From: a virus
Length of the DNA: 64,000 bases
Virus record (IMG/VR): IMGVR_UViG_3300026157_000001
Location: 4,770 to 68,769 of that record
Direction: 5' to 3' (one strand)
The notes under the pieces were generated by a model that saw only the letters and a program-made list of their open reading frames with translations, had not been told where the DNA came from and ran no database searches. Position 1 is the stretch's first letter. Every line of letters starts with the position of its first letter. This document shows positions 51,836 to 62,588 of the stretch, one piece after another. Position numbers and translations under genes: made by a program.

Positions 51836-52626
51836 CAAAAGATATACATAACCAAGACCTAATTACATTAGATGAAGCAACTCACCAGTACACTGTAAAG
51901 ACAGCGCCTCATCTGCGATATACCTCTGCAACAACATTTATCGGAGAATTCTTCCGTGGTTTTGACGCAGACGGAATAGCAGAGAAACTAGCTGCAAAAC
52001 AAACAGGCAAATACGCTAATAAAAGCAAAAAACAAATATTGGCCGGCTGGACGGCAATTGCCGACCGGGGCACAGAGGTCCACTTAGAGCTTGAAAACTA
52101 TTTAGACGCTTGGAGAGAGAACAAGCCTTTACCAGAAATAGAAGACATAAAAGCGCAACATGGACGCATGTGGATAGAAGAGATGTTTGAGCCACACTAC
52201 GTGCCATACACAGAGATTAAATTATTCAGCAATCAGTATCAGATAGCCGGTACTGTAGATCTCTTGATTCACAACCCTGACACAGACCAGTGGGTAATGG
52301 CCGACTGGAAGACAAACTCTAAGATTACAACGTCCTCATGGGGTGGTAAGAAAGGTATACACTATGCCACACGACTATTAGATGATTGTAAACTTACAAA
52401 ATATGCCTTACAAATGAGCCTCTACCAATATTTACTAGAGAGCGAGTATGGCATAAAGATAAACAACAGAATATTAGTTCATCTAAGGCCTAAACAAACG
52501 ATGACATACCCACTGGGCGTAAAAACCTATGAAACAGAATATTTAAAAGCTAATGTTGAAAAAATGTTAGAAGCAAGAATGGAAAAGAAACTAGCAGGTG
52601 AACTGTTTTTTAACCCTATAGAATAA
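51832..52626 (+). CDS. Cas4-like PD-(D/E)xK exonuclease
   Basis: RGTEVH..E..IAGTVDLL..DWKT..YALQMSLY. Confidence 0.8.
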   Translation: MTKDIHNQDLITLDEATHQYTVKTAPHLRYTSATTFIGEFFRGFDADGIAEKLAAKQTGKYANKSKKQILAGWTAIADRGTEVHLELENYLDAWRENKPLPEIEDIKAQHGRMWIEEMFEPHYVPYTEIKLFSNQYQIAGTVDLLIHNPDTDQWVMADWKTNSKITTSSWGGKKGIHYATRLLDDCKLTKYALQMSLYQYLLESEYGIKINNRILVHLRPKQTMTYPLGVKTYETEYLKANVEKMLEARMEKKLAGELFFNPIE

Positions 52627-53268
52627 TGCTAAAAGAAACATTAGAAGATCTTACATACCTTCTTTACGAAGTACACGGGCTTAATCCACACAAAGGAGAC
52701 ATTATTGAATGTCCTTTTTGTGTCGAAGGGTCTTCTCGATTTTACTGCTTGTACTGCACATCCTCCGGTATTGCCCACCTTAAATTTTACAAAACGTTTA
52801 AACAATTGATAAAAAGGCATTTCACATGGACCGATATATCTCACTAAGAGATTATTTACTTTTGCTTCAGGGGCATCTTTACGATAAAAACACACCTTAT
52901 TTCAAAAAAGACTTTCTTTTATGCCCAAATTGTAAAAGTGAAAGTTTTAAAAGTCCTTATGTGTGTGTTATCTGCATGGGGTGTGCAACCTTGGATAAGA
53001 GAAACCCGGCTCAATTTAACTATTTAAGTAGACATTATAAATGAAAAATGGAAACTTTCCGATAACTTACTATCTTGATGGGCTCCAGAAGCAAATATAC
53101 CATAACATCCGACCTCCCTTTAAAAATAACTTTATGGGATGCACAAGTTGCGGTGACGACCCTCGCTTTGCTGTTATTAGATGTTCAATTTGCGGAGGGT
53201 CTTATGAAATAGATAAAAGGGACGCAGACATCTTTAACCATTTAACTAAATACCATGAAACTAACTAA
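52626..53268 (+). CDS. Three tandem small CxxC..CxxC zinc-finger proteins (52626-52847, 52826-53044, 53041-53268)
   Basis: CPFC..CLYC, CPNC..CVIC and CTSC..CSIC; the last two share DKR...FN.L.. Confidence 0.65.
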
Positions 53269-53770
53269 TGCCTTGGCCGTATTTCAGGGCCATATTTTTC
53301 TAGAAATAGACTATAGAGTCTGTGAAGTAGCACAAAAATGTTTTAACAGCTCTTATACCCAAGACCAGAAGTTCTCAACAGGCCAAAGGCTGAATTTTCA
53401 GGGTGGTACTATCTCATTTAAAGCTCCTGATATGTTATTTGGCCGCGGTTCTTTATTCTTTGAAGAAAATACCCATCTTAGTAAATACAGTAATATATTT
53501 TACGTTTTAAGTGACTTAATCCCCGACTATATCTATAAATATTTTCTATTTCATTTAATATTCCTCTCGAATCTAAAAAACACTGTTTTATATTATCCGC
53601 AGGGCAAAGAGCCATCTTTTATTGTCGCTACGACGTGTGAATCTGCTGTTAGGGACAAACTTACTAAAGAAACTCACTTTATAGCTAAGCCTTCAGAATT
53701 TTTAAAACATGTACACCCGTATGAGCATGTAGAATGTGCTTTCTTTAATAAAACCACATCAACACCGTAA
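53255..53770 (+). CDS. Hypothetical protein
   Basis: ORF. Confidence 0.6.
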   Translation: MKLTNALAVFQGHIFLEIDYRVCEVAQKCFNSSYTQDQKFSTGQRLNFQGGTISFKAPDMLFGRGSLFFEENTHLSKYSNIFYVLSDLIPDYIYKYFLFHLIFLSNLKNTVLYYPQGKEPSFIVATTCESAVRDKLTKETHFIAKPSEFLKHVHPYEHVECAFFNKTTSTP

Positions 53771-53772
53771 TC

Positions 53773-54261
53773 ATGGAAAAATGGTATTTAGTAGAAACCT
53801 TAAAGAGGCTGTTTAGCCATGTCTTTATGGGAAATGATAGAAAAGCAGTGTTGGCAATGCTAAAACACGGCAAAAAACCTTATAAAAGCGCCTATTTTGA
53901 CGTAAATAGGACCATCTCAATGGAAAGTATAGCAGATGAACGTATAATCGTTATAATTCCACTTTGGGCATGTAAATTTGAAATAGAGGGCTATACAATG
54001 TTTGATTTTATAGCAGAGGACGATCCGGAATCAACATTTTGTATTTACAGGTCAGAGGACGACCGTGTCTTATATGTGATACACGAACAAATAATCGAAG
54101 AAAACCTCCTTGACTTTATGTACCACCCCTTAACCGATAAAATATGTGGGCTTGGTCCTCGCTTTGATGAGGGCTCTGATAAGTTTCTGCCCAGTGCAAA
54201 AACAAAGGATTACTACACAGTAAAAAGCTATTATCCGGAGGCACATCTCGTCATACCTTAA
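53773..54261 (+). CDS. Hypothetical protein
   Basis: ORF. Confidence 0.65.
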   Translation: MEKWYLVETLKRLFSHVFMGNDRKAVLAMLKHGKKPYKSAYFDVNRTISMESIADERIIVIIPLWACKFEIEGYTMFDFIAEDDPESTFCIYRSEDDRVLYVIHEQIIEENLLDFMYHPLTDKICGLGPRFDEGSDKFLPSAKTKDYYTVKSYYPEAHLVIP

Positions 54262-54325
54262 TATAAATAGGTATAAGAATAATGAACGAAACATAACTTT
54301 AATTTTAATTTTAATTTAGCAGCCG

Positions 54326-55627
54326 TTGAATAAGCTAATAGGAACAATAAAAGATATGGCGTCTGCAATTATTGTAGAAACCGTAAGACAACTAATAATA
54401 AATACAACTCAGGAACATATCACAGTAAAAGTCTCTGAGTTTTTTGATAGAAATAAAGTATGGGTGCAAGTTAATCACTCAAATACATTATACAGCGCGC
54501 TGTTATTTTTCTTGTCCGAACGAGTAAAACAAGACTCTGTACAGAAATTTACAGCAGCCATCTTAAATAAATATAACACTAGCCATTTAGAACAGAACCG
54601 AAATCTTTTGATAGCTCCCGGAGAGGACGAAATCACGGTGACCTATAAAAACTGCGAGTTTAAATTTCACCGTACAGAGCCTATATCATCTAAAGGGTCA
54701 AGCTCTGCAGAATCATTAACACCAGAGGATGAAAAACCAGGATTTAAAATTACCACCCATAAACGAAACCGAGCAGTCTTGGTCGAGCTTCTCAAAGAGG
54801 CTTACTCAGACTATACTGCTGAAGTGCGCACAGGAGCTTCCGTCTATTATACTCGCTGGGGCTCTGATTTTTTCCGTGCGGAGACAACAACGCTCCGACC
54901 GTGGGAAAGCGTCGTGTTGCCAAACGAAAAAAGAAACACCCTAGAAAAACATATAGAGGATTTTTACTCTTCTAAAGAATGGTATACGGACAGAGGCATA
55001 CCTTATAGAAAAGGCTTCCTCTTGCATGGCCCGCCCGGAACAGGTAAAACATCAATTGTAAAAGGGCTAGCTAAAAAATATAATCTTGATATTTATATCA
55101 TAAGCTTCTCTTCTACAAACTTTGATGAAAGCACACTGACCGACTTATTCAATGATATACCGGAAGGTGTAATTGTTTTATTTGAGGACATTGACGGATT
55201 ATTTAAATCTCGTCAGGACCCGAATAAATCACCGGAAGCTGATGACAACCCTATAAGCTTTAGATCCTTTATTAATCTATTAGATGGAGTTATGTCACCG
55301 GAAGGCGTATTAATCTTTATGACGACAAACTTTAAAAATCGCCTTGATGAAGCATTAATCCGACCAGGCCGTTGCGATGTGAGAATGGAGATTGGTTATA
55401 TAGACGAAGAGATGGCTAAAGATTTCTTTCGATATTTCTATAAGGATAAAGATGATTTAGACGATCTAGTCGTAGAACGGTTTTGGAGTGTAATCGGTGG
55501 CACACCAAAGTTAACCATAGCAGTACTTCAGAGTTACCTTACTAAATATAAAAACGACCCCGGACAAGCAGCCACGAACGTTTATTTTGAAGAGTTCTAC
55601 ACGGATTATAAAAAGGAGAACCAATGA
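54326..55627 (+). CDS. BCS1-like AAA+ ATPase
   Basis: WYTDRGIPYRKGFLLHGPPGTGKTS, FEDID, LLDGV, MTTN and LDEALIRPGRCD. Confidence 0.85.
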   Translation: MNKLIGTIKDMASAIIVETVRQLIINTTQEHITVKVSEFFDRNKVWVQVNHSNTLYSALLFFLSERVKQDSVQKFTAAILNKYNTSHLEQNRNLLIAPGEDEITVTYKNCEFKFHRTEPISSKGSSSAESLTPEDEKPGFKITTHKRNRAVLVELLKEAYSDYTAEVRTGASVYYTRWGSDFFRAETTTLRPWESVVLPNEKRNTLEKHIEDFYSSKEWYTDRGIPYRKGFLLHGPPGTGKTSIVKGLAKKYNLDIYIISFSSTNFDESTLTDLFNDIPEGVIVLFEDIDGLFKSRQDPNKSPEADDNPISFRSFINLLDGVMSPEGVLIFMTTNFKNRLDEALIRPGRCDVRMEIGYIDEEMAKDFFRYFYKDKDDLDDLVVERFWSVIGGTPKLTIAVLQSYLTKYKNDPGQAATNVYFEEFYTDYKKENQ

Positions 55628-55902
55628 CAGAAACATTAATTATCAGATCATTAATACTGGTTGATGATGATGGCCACTTTAACACATTTGCGCTGTCAAG
55701 CCAAAGAGGGGCAATATACCAATTCTTAGTACACAACCTTACACATCGTGACCGGATAAATCTATCAGCTGAAGAGATAAAAGAGGGCGTGCTCCATGAA
55801 GACTATGAAGAGTTTCTTAGTTTTCTTCAGGAGCATATCCTGCAAAGAGGGTTCGCAGAACTAGGTGATATAAGACATAACCTGGATGATGACCCCTTCT
55901 AA
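55624..55902 (+). CDS. Hypothetical protein
   Basis: ORF. Confidence 0.6.
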   Translation: MTETLIIRSLILVDDDGHFNTFALSSQRGAIYQFLVHNLTHRDRINLSAEEIKEGVLHEDYEEFLSFLQEHILQRGFAELGDIRHNLDDDPF

Positions 55903-56125
55903 AAACATATACCTGTTACAGATAATGAAAGGATTAGAAAGCCGTTTATACTTTGAGCACTTTTGCACATATGATAAAACTCCAGACTTAAACCCCTGTA
56001 GCGACTGTGGGTGGGCTGTAAAGTACTGCGAAAAGTGCACTAAACAGCTGCCGACATATGCTCTATTTAAATCGGCATTAAAGTATAAATGCATAAATTT
56101 AGACAACCTTAAACAGAAAACATAA
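55886..56125 (+). CDS. Small CxxC zinc-finger protein
   Basis: CSDC..CEKC. Confidence 0.55.
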   Translation: MMTPSKNIYLLQIMKGLESRLYFEHFCTYDKTPDLNPCSDCGWAVKYCEKCTKQLPTYALFKSALKYKCINLDNLKQKT

Positions 56126-56126
56126 C

Positions 56127-59100
56127 ATGTCATTACAAGAAACCGAACGGTTTAATACCAGAGAAGGTACGAAGGGTATGAGTAAAGGAATTGACGCATC
56201 TTCAGAAAAGATGGTCATGGATATACTCCAGGCTACCCAGTATGCAAAGCCTGAAGAATCTACAGTACGTGAGCTAGCATCCAATGCTGTTGATTCACAA
56301 AGAGAAAAAGAGATTGCGTATGATATTTTGTCAAACGGGGCTGACCCTGACGACTACTTTGTCGAACGAGAGGGAGCGCAGTACGAAAGCTCTAAATGGG
56401 ATCCGTCCTATTTTGATATAAACTATTTCGACATGACGAAAACAAACGTTCTCATTCAATATATAGAGAACGCCGGCACAGGCTATTGCGACGAGTTCAG
56501 TGTAACTGACTATGGCGTAGGTCTGGGCATGCCAAGACTCCGGGGTTATTTTAACTTAGGATATTCCTCAAAAAGAAATACAAAACATGCGTTAGGCGCT
56601 TTTGGTATCGGAGCAAAAAGTCCGCTGTCAACTCAGGTGCCATTCTATACTCTAGAAACTGCGCATAACGGCCGGAAGTATAAATTCAATATCTATCCCT
56701 ATAAAGTAGAGAGTACAACCCCTCGCTTTAATATGGAGACAGAGGATGAATACCCAACGCAGAATATAGGCACAGAAAAAGACCCCTATATCATCCACTA
56801 TATTCCAACGGATGAGAAAAACTTCTGTAAAGTATCAATGGGTGTCAAGCGCCATAACCGGCACAGATACCGTGATGCGGTAAAACACCAACTACTGTAT
56901 TTTCCCAATGTAGACTTCCAGTATAAATATGAAGGCAACGACCATTGGAATGAAATAGAGTTTCAGGCAGATATTCTACACAACAGCGACAGCCTGATTA
57001 TATCCTCTAACATGCAGTATAGTAAACCACACATTGTGGTAGTAAAAGAGAAAGGATCTGACATGGGCGTTACCTATGGCACGATTGATTTCCAAGAGCT
57101 TGAGATGGAAACCCTACGTGGTTCTATCGGCTTTAAATGTCCTATTAGATCGGTCGTGGAAGACCGAGAGACTGGTGAACGAAAAGTAGTACAAGACGGC
57201 GTTTCTGTAAATCCTAGAATTTGGTTATTAATATAACTTTTTGTACTTTAGATTATGAAAAAATCTAAAGCAGGTATTTATAAAATAAGTTTCCAATGTA
57301 GCCATTTAAATGTATACTACGGAAGCACAAATAAGTTTAACAGGCGTAAATCTCAACATTTACATCTTTTAAGACGAGGTAAACATAGTAACCCTATATT
57401 ACAGAGTTACTTTAATAAATATGGAGAAACCTCATTTAAATTTAGTAAAGTTGAGACAATCTTAGATGAAGACGAAGAGTATATAGTAAAGCGAGAGCAG
57501 TATTATATTGATGCTTTAGAATCTAACCAAGATATAAAAACTCTTAATTGTAATTTGGAGGCTGGAAGGCCTCCTTATACATGAACAGAAGAAAGACGAG
57601 AGGAGCTCAGAGAGCGTAATAAAAATTATAAGTGGACAAAGGAAAGACGAGAAAAGCACTCTCGTATAAAACAAGGATCCACACGCTCAGAAGAGGCTAA
57701 AGAAAAAACCTCAGAATCTTTAAAAGAGTTTTATTCTCACCTAAGAACAGAAGAAAGGGCCTGCCCTTATTGTAATTCGCTTTATACAAGGAAAGTTGGT
57801 AAGCGATATAATAAAACAAAGAAGCAAATGAATCAGCGATATAAATGCACCGACTGTGACAAGAACTTCTTTAAACCTATCAAAAAGTAATTAATAACTC
57901 GCTGGGCCTTTATAGAGCAATCTATAAAGTGCATTGGGTGAATTGCTGGAAGGCGAAAGCTAATCAGCAGCCAAGCTAGGGGTACACCCCTAGAAGGTTC
58001 AGAGACTAGTGGAGGGGTAAAGCCCCCTTAATGACCACAATAGCGCCCAACATCTCTCAGAGATGATGATATAGTCCACCCCGCTTTATAAGTGCGGGTT
58101 GAGCAGAGAAAGCGTTGTCTGGGACGAAAACACCAGAGCTTATATCCAGAAAGTAATTAAAGATGCTCAGGATGAAGCATCAAAAATTATCCAGGCCGAG
58201 CTAAAAACAGATGATTTCTATACATGGCTGCAGCGCAGCACAGAGATTATCAATCAGATGAGCGCCTTCTCCTATCAGGAAACAAAGCTAACTATATTAG
58301 CAAAGATTGTTGATAAGCATAAGCTTCAAACAAAGTTTCCAGGAGACTCACGCATTATATATAAGCATAACCCGTCTACATTCTTTAAGGATATAGAAGT
58401 AAAAGCTATTGAAAAAGACCAGATCTATAAAAATGGCAAATATAAGACAAAGATAAACCGGGATGATGTACCAAACTGGGGATACTTTAAAGGGTCTTTA
58501 GTGTATGAGATGACTGAGGACGAGCGCCACAGTGTGACGAAAGATCTTTATATTCAGCACTTAAAGGATAGCAATCACTTTATTACAGTAAAGAAAGCTA
58601 CCGATGAGCAAGTAAAAGAACGAATAGGTAAACGCTTTAAAGATACTCAGGTAGCCACAAGAGGTGGTGAAAAGATCACCAAAAAGATTAAAGAAGAAAT
58701 CGCATACGCTATAGAACAGCGAGACATTATTTGGGATGCGCTATTTGGAAGTGATCATATAGAGATTGAAAACTATGCTGACATTGAAGTAACGGATGAG
58801 TTCCGAGAACTGATGAAAAAGCAGAAGGAAGAAGCGGAAGAAGAAGAACAAGAAGACAAAATGGCAAATATGACGCCTAAAGAGCGTCGTGAAATGCTTG
58901 GTAAGACTGTTTGCTATTCTTTCAAAAAGAACCCAAGAGCTACCGGGTACAGCAGCTCTAAGGACTGGGTGCTATCAAAGAAAGAGCCAGTCGTAAATGA
59001 CTTGGTCAATTTTGATAAACCGGTTATCTACGGTACGTCAAAAGATGACGACAGACTTAAAGCGTTATCAGCTTTCTTTTCACATGACGTATGTCAGAGA

Positions 59101-59841
59101 CTAGGCAAAGGTGAAAGACATGCAGATTTATGGGCTATAAATTCTATAAAAAATACGCCTAACTATGATGGCATGAGCATTTTACGGTTCAGTAAAAGAA
59201 ACCTAAAGCATGTTCGTGACGTAGACAACTTTATTAAAGTAGAAGATTACCTAATGCAAAAAACAGAAGACACCTACCATATAGGGGAGATTTTCGTCAA
59301 GTATTTTACGGGTCGAAAACTCAAAGAACGCTTGGAAAACATAAAGTTTTTGCGTAACTTTGAACAGTTAGACGAGAGTATTCAAAGGGCGTATAACTTC
59401 CTGTATCAGTATACAGTGGATCACTATAGTCACTATGACCATTATTATTTTAGAGACAGTGCAATCTATAAAACACTGAAAGAAAATACCGAGAAAGCTT
59501 TTAAGTTTCAGAAATTTGTTAAGGACGCAAATCCTACAGAAGACGAAATAAAAGCTAAAGCTAAACTGCTCTTCGATAACGAAGATATAACAGAAGCAAA
59601 AGGTATTGAAATAGAAGTAATTGAACTCTTAGAAGAGGTAGAAGCCTATGCTGAGCCTATAAAAGAGTTGATGAACTCTATACCTGCACTTAATGGCGGG
59701 AACGGTAACCTCGGTGACACAAGCATTAAACAACTGAAGACGGTCATAGCGTCTGAAGGCTTGAGTCAATATAAATTAACCGAAGAAAAGCAGAAACTAA
59801 TACAACAAGACAAAAACGAAGAAGAAGAGGAAGATAATTAA
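56127..59841 (+). CDS. rIIA: rIIA-like protein, spliced: join(56127..57215,58102..59841), about 942 aa
   Basis: GHKL motifs VRELASNAVDS, DYGVG, SSKR and GAFGIGAKSP. Splicing restores the conserved ..PSRES.. motif. Adjacent to rIIB. Confidence 0.85.
57216..58101 (+). mobile_element. Group I intron (886 nt) carrying a homing endonuclease gene
   Basis: 5' exon ends in U (CCT) and the intron ends in G. Core elements P GAATTGCTGGAA, Q AATCAGCAG, R GTTCAGAGACTA and S GATATAGTCC. IGS GCTGGG at 57901. Confidence 0.92.
57255..57890 (+). CDS. Intron-encoded GIY-YIG homing endonuclease, 211 aa, one TGA read as Trp
   Basis: GIYKI..YYGS..R..H..E..N. Continues through TGA 57582 into NUMOD-like repeats and a CPYC..CTDC zinc ribbon. 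Confidence 0.85.
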
Positions 59842-59843
59842 GT

Positions 59844-61055
59844 ATGATCACATTTAATATAATTAACAAGAATATCGCTGGTTCCGTCAACAACAAACCA
59901 TTTAACGTCCCTTACAGCAAAGAGCTGTGGGATAAACTGGTAGATGCTGAGAAAGAATATCAAGCAGCATCGGACGTAACAGCAGCGAAGGAAGTTATGA
60001 AAAACTTTCAGAAGTTAGTTGAAGGTCAAACACATGAAGAGGCTATCCAAGAAGTAACGCCTTATATAAAGTTTAACCCAACTAAAAAGACATACCATCT
60101 CCACGATCCGGGTGAGGATAAAACCTCAGTGATTCCTCTACCAGAGGTACTGATCGATAAAATGAAGTACGCTCATGATGAAGGTCTTCCAGTAGATCCA
60201 CTCGTAAAGTTCACTATTAGAACCTTGCGGCACCGCAACCTAGAGAAAGCGGTTGATGCTGAAGAGTTTATCAGACTTATGTGCTCTTATGCATTCCGGA
60301 CATTTTGTAGTCCGCAGCTTATGGAGCATTATACAGAAGAGGGGTATAGCGAGGAAGCAGCGAGAGAGCTGTCTACTGTATACCAGACGCCAATTACGAT
60401 GGAAGGCTTGCTATCCACTAAGAAAGTGGTATCACCACTTTATGACCGTCAACGCTATAAATTTGAGTACGATGAGGATGGAAATCCACAGAAAGTACTA
60501 CGAGACGGCATTCAGAAAGAACTCAATGAGGATACTGGTGAGGAAACAATCCATGACCCTGAGTATGCTGAAGACTGGGTATTTGAGCCAGCCATAATGG
60601 GAGATCGATATGATCCATTTTACTGCGGAAGTGATGACGACGCTGAGTTAGGTCACATCATGAAAGTCGGTAAAGAGATGAGATTAGAGAAATGGAGCCA
60701 GGTTGATTGGGATCCACGGCATACAGCCGTTAAAGGCCTGCACTGTGGTAACCAGGACTATATTGACACATACGAACGTGACAACAACGTGACGTTTGAC
60801 TGTCTTGTAGATCCATCTAAAGTAGTGGTGCCGTATAACACAAGCGATGGAGCAATCCGTTGTAAAGAAATGATGATTATCGGCATCAAAGATCGAAAGA
60901 TCGAAAATAAAAACCTTTATCACTCTAGCGAGTATGCTGCACTGCAGGATGAGCGCTGGGATGAATATCGCAAAGAGGTACTTGCGAGGTATGATGAAGA
61001 AGAGAAAGCGTTCCTCAAAGAACTTGAAGAGCGCAAAGAGCGAATGGGCCTATAG
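59844..61055 (+). CDS. rIIB: rIIB-like protein
   Basis: PITMEG, GLHCG..Y and VDP..VV.PY....RC; follows rIIA. Confidence 0.8.
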   Translation: MITFNIINKNIAGSVNNKPFNVPYSKELWDKLVDAEKEYQAASDVTAAKEVMKNFQKLVEGQTHEEAIQEVTPYIKFNPTKKTYHLHDPGEDKTSVIPLPEVLIDKMKYAHDEGLPVDPLVKFTIRTLRHRNLEKAVDAEEFIRLMCSYAFRTFCSPQLMEHYTEEGYSEEAARELSTVYQTPITMEGLLSTKKVVSPLYDRQRYKFEYDEDGNPQKVLRDGIQKELNEDTGEETIHDPEYAEDWVFEPAIMGDRYDPFYCGSDDDAELGHIMKVGKEMRLEKWSQVDWDPRHTAVKGLHCGNQDYIDTYERDNNVTFDCLVDPSKVVVPYNTSDGAIRCKEMMIIGIKDRKIENKNLYHSSEYAALQDERWDEYRKEVLARYDEEEKAFLKELEERKERMGL

Positions 61056-61078
61056 CCCGAGTCGTTTATTCCTATTAT

Positions 61079-61110
61079 AAAGAGAGCCTTGATCGGCTCT
61101 CTTTTTTTTT
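61079..61110 (+). terminator. Intrinsic terminator
   Basis: AAAGAGAGCC-TTGATC-GGCTCTC followed by T9. Confidence 0.8.
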
Positions 61111-61140
61111 AGTTTAAAATTATAACCTAAATCTAAACAA

Positions 61141-61605
61141 ATGACCCTAAGTGAAACAGTAGATATATTCTATAGAAAGCAAATTGAAGAGCACTATGCA
61201 CCCTTTATAAAAGATCGCATATCAAATTTACTTGTAATGTCGCTCTCCGAGCGCCCAGCAAATGTAAAGGTAATGAAAAATAAAGAGCGGGTGCATGCAC
61301 AGGATACACAGGAAGACCCAGCTATCTTGCGGTACCATGAAATACATCTCGGTGATATATTCCGGGTATATGTATGGCCGGCCAAAGGGCTTATCTCTAT
61401 ATCAATAAGCGAAGACTCCCCAAAGCCACCCCATGTAAAGACAAACTCTCCAAGCTTGGACTTTAGAAATTTTCTTAGCTTTTCTATACAAAAAGAGTTA
61501 TTTTCCAATCTTGGTGCAGACTATGCACCCATTAAAAAGGCAAATCTTGAGGACATAAACCTTGTTGAGTCCTTTATAACTGAACTAAAAGAACTTAAAC
61601 TATGA
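61141..61605 (+). CDS. Hypothetical protein
   Basis: ORF ending TGA-TAA. Confidence 0.65.
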   Translation: MTLSETVDIFYRKQIEEHYAPFIKDRISNLLVMSLSERPANVKVMKNKERVHAQDTQEDPAILRYHEIHLGDIFRVYVWPAKGLISISISEDSPKPPHVKTNSPSLDFRNFLSFSIQKELFSNLGADYAPIKKANLEDINLVESFITELKELKL

Positions 61606-62549
61606 TAAAAAAGAATTTAACTATTTTCCTAGACCTCGACGGAGTACTGGTAAATTTTATCGGCGCTGTCGAAGACCTCCTAGGTGTTGATTTAAAAGAC
61701 CTTGATTCCCGATCGATGGGTAAATATCTTGGCATATCAGATCAAGAGATCTGGGAAGAGATAAACAATGACGGCTCTAGATTCTGGTCGCAGGCAGAGT
61801 TATACCCATGGGCCCAGGAAACCTTGGACATATGCTATAACACCACACCGGATTTGTTTTTGGCTACGTCCCCCTCAAATCACCCAAGCTGCGTCAAGGG
61901 AAAGCATGAACTTATTTTGAATAAGATGCCTAAAGAGTTGCACCGTCGATTCTTTTTAGGCCCCCATAAAGAAAGATTTGCCAAAGACCATAATACAATC
62001 TTGATTGACGATAGTGATAAAAACTGTAAAGCGTTTCGAGATGCCGGTGGTACAGCTATTGTATTTCCACAGCTATGGAACAGTGCAGCTGACCATGTAA
62101 GCAACCGTATGGACTATCTAAGGCACCAGCTCTCGCCAGGCAAGCCAGACATCCATATATTTATTTTAGAGGACGATGAGCGGCGTATGGACTTATTTAA
62201 AGCAAGATTTAAAGAGAGTGAGATAGCAAATTTCACCTTTGATCATGCAAATAATGTTCATGCGGCTAAAAAGCTTTTAAAGGCCAACAATTACGACATG
62301 CTCTTTTTGGATCATGACTTGGGCGGCCAAACATATGTGTCAAGTACAGAGGAAAATACAGGAGCAGGCTTAGCAAGGTGGATAAAGGAAAATAAAGAAA
62401 CAATAAGTTTGTCGGGAGCAATTCTTATTCACTCTTTTAATCCGCAAGGCGCAGAGTATATGAGAAAAGAGCTGCACTCCGTCCATGACAACGTATTTAA
62501 GGTGCCATCACTGTGGTCAAAACATACGTTTGGAGCGGTAATCACCTAA
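61602..62549 (+). CDS. HAD 5'(3')-deoxyribonucleotidase fused to a cyclic-phosphate-processing receiver domain
   Basis: DLDGVL..LIDDS..N; ILEDD..LDHDLG..TG..IHSFNP.GA..M. Confidence 0.8.
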   Translation: MIKKNLTIFLDLDGVLVNFIGAVEDLLGVDLKDLDSRSMGKYLGISDQEIWEEINNDGSRFWSQAELYPWAQETLDICYNTTPDLFLATSPSNHPSCVKGKHELILNKMPKELHRRFFLGPHKERFAKDHNTILIDDSDKNCKAFRDAGGTAIVFPQLWNSAADHVSNRMDYLRHQLSPGKPDIHIFILEDDERRMDLFKARFKESEIANFTFDHANNVHAAKKLLKANNYDMLFLDHDLGGQTYVSSTEENTGAGLARWIKENKETISLSGAILIHSFNPQGAEYMRKELHSVHDNVFKVPSLWSKHTFGAVIT

Positions 62550-62588
62550 AATATTTGGAATAAAAATCTAAAGTTTGTATATTGATCT

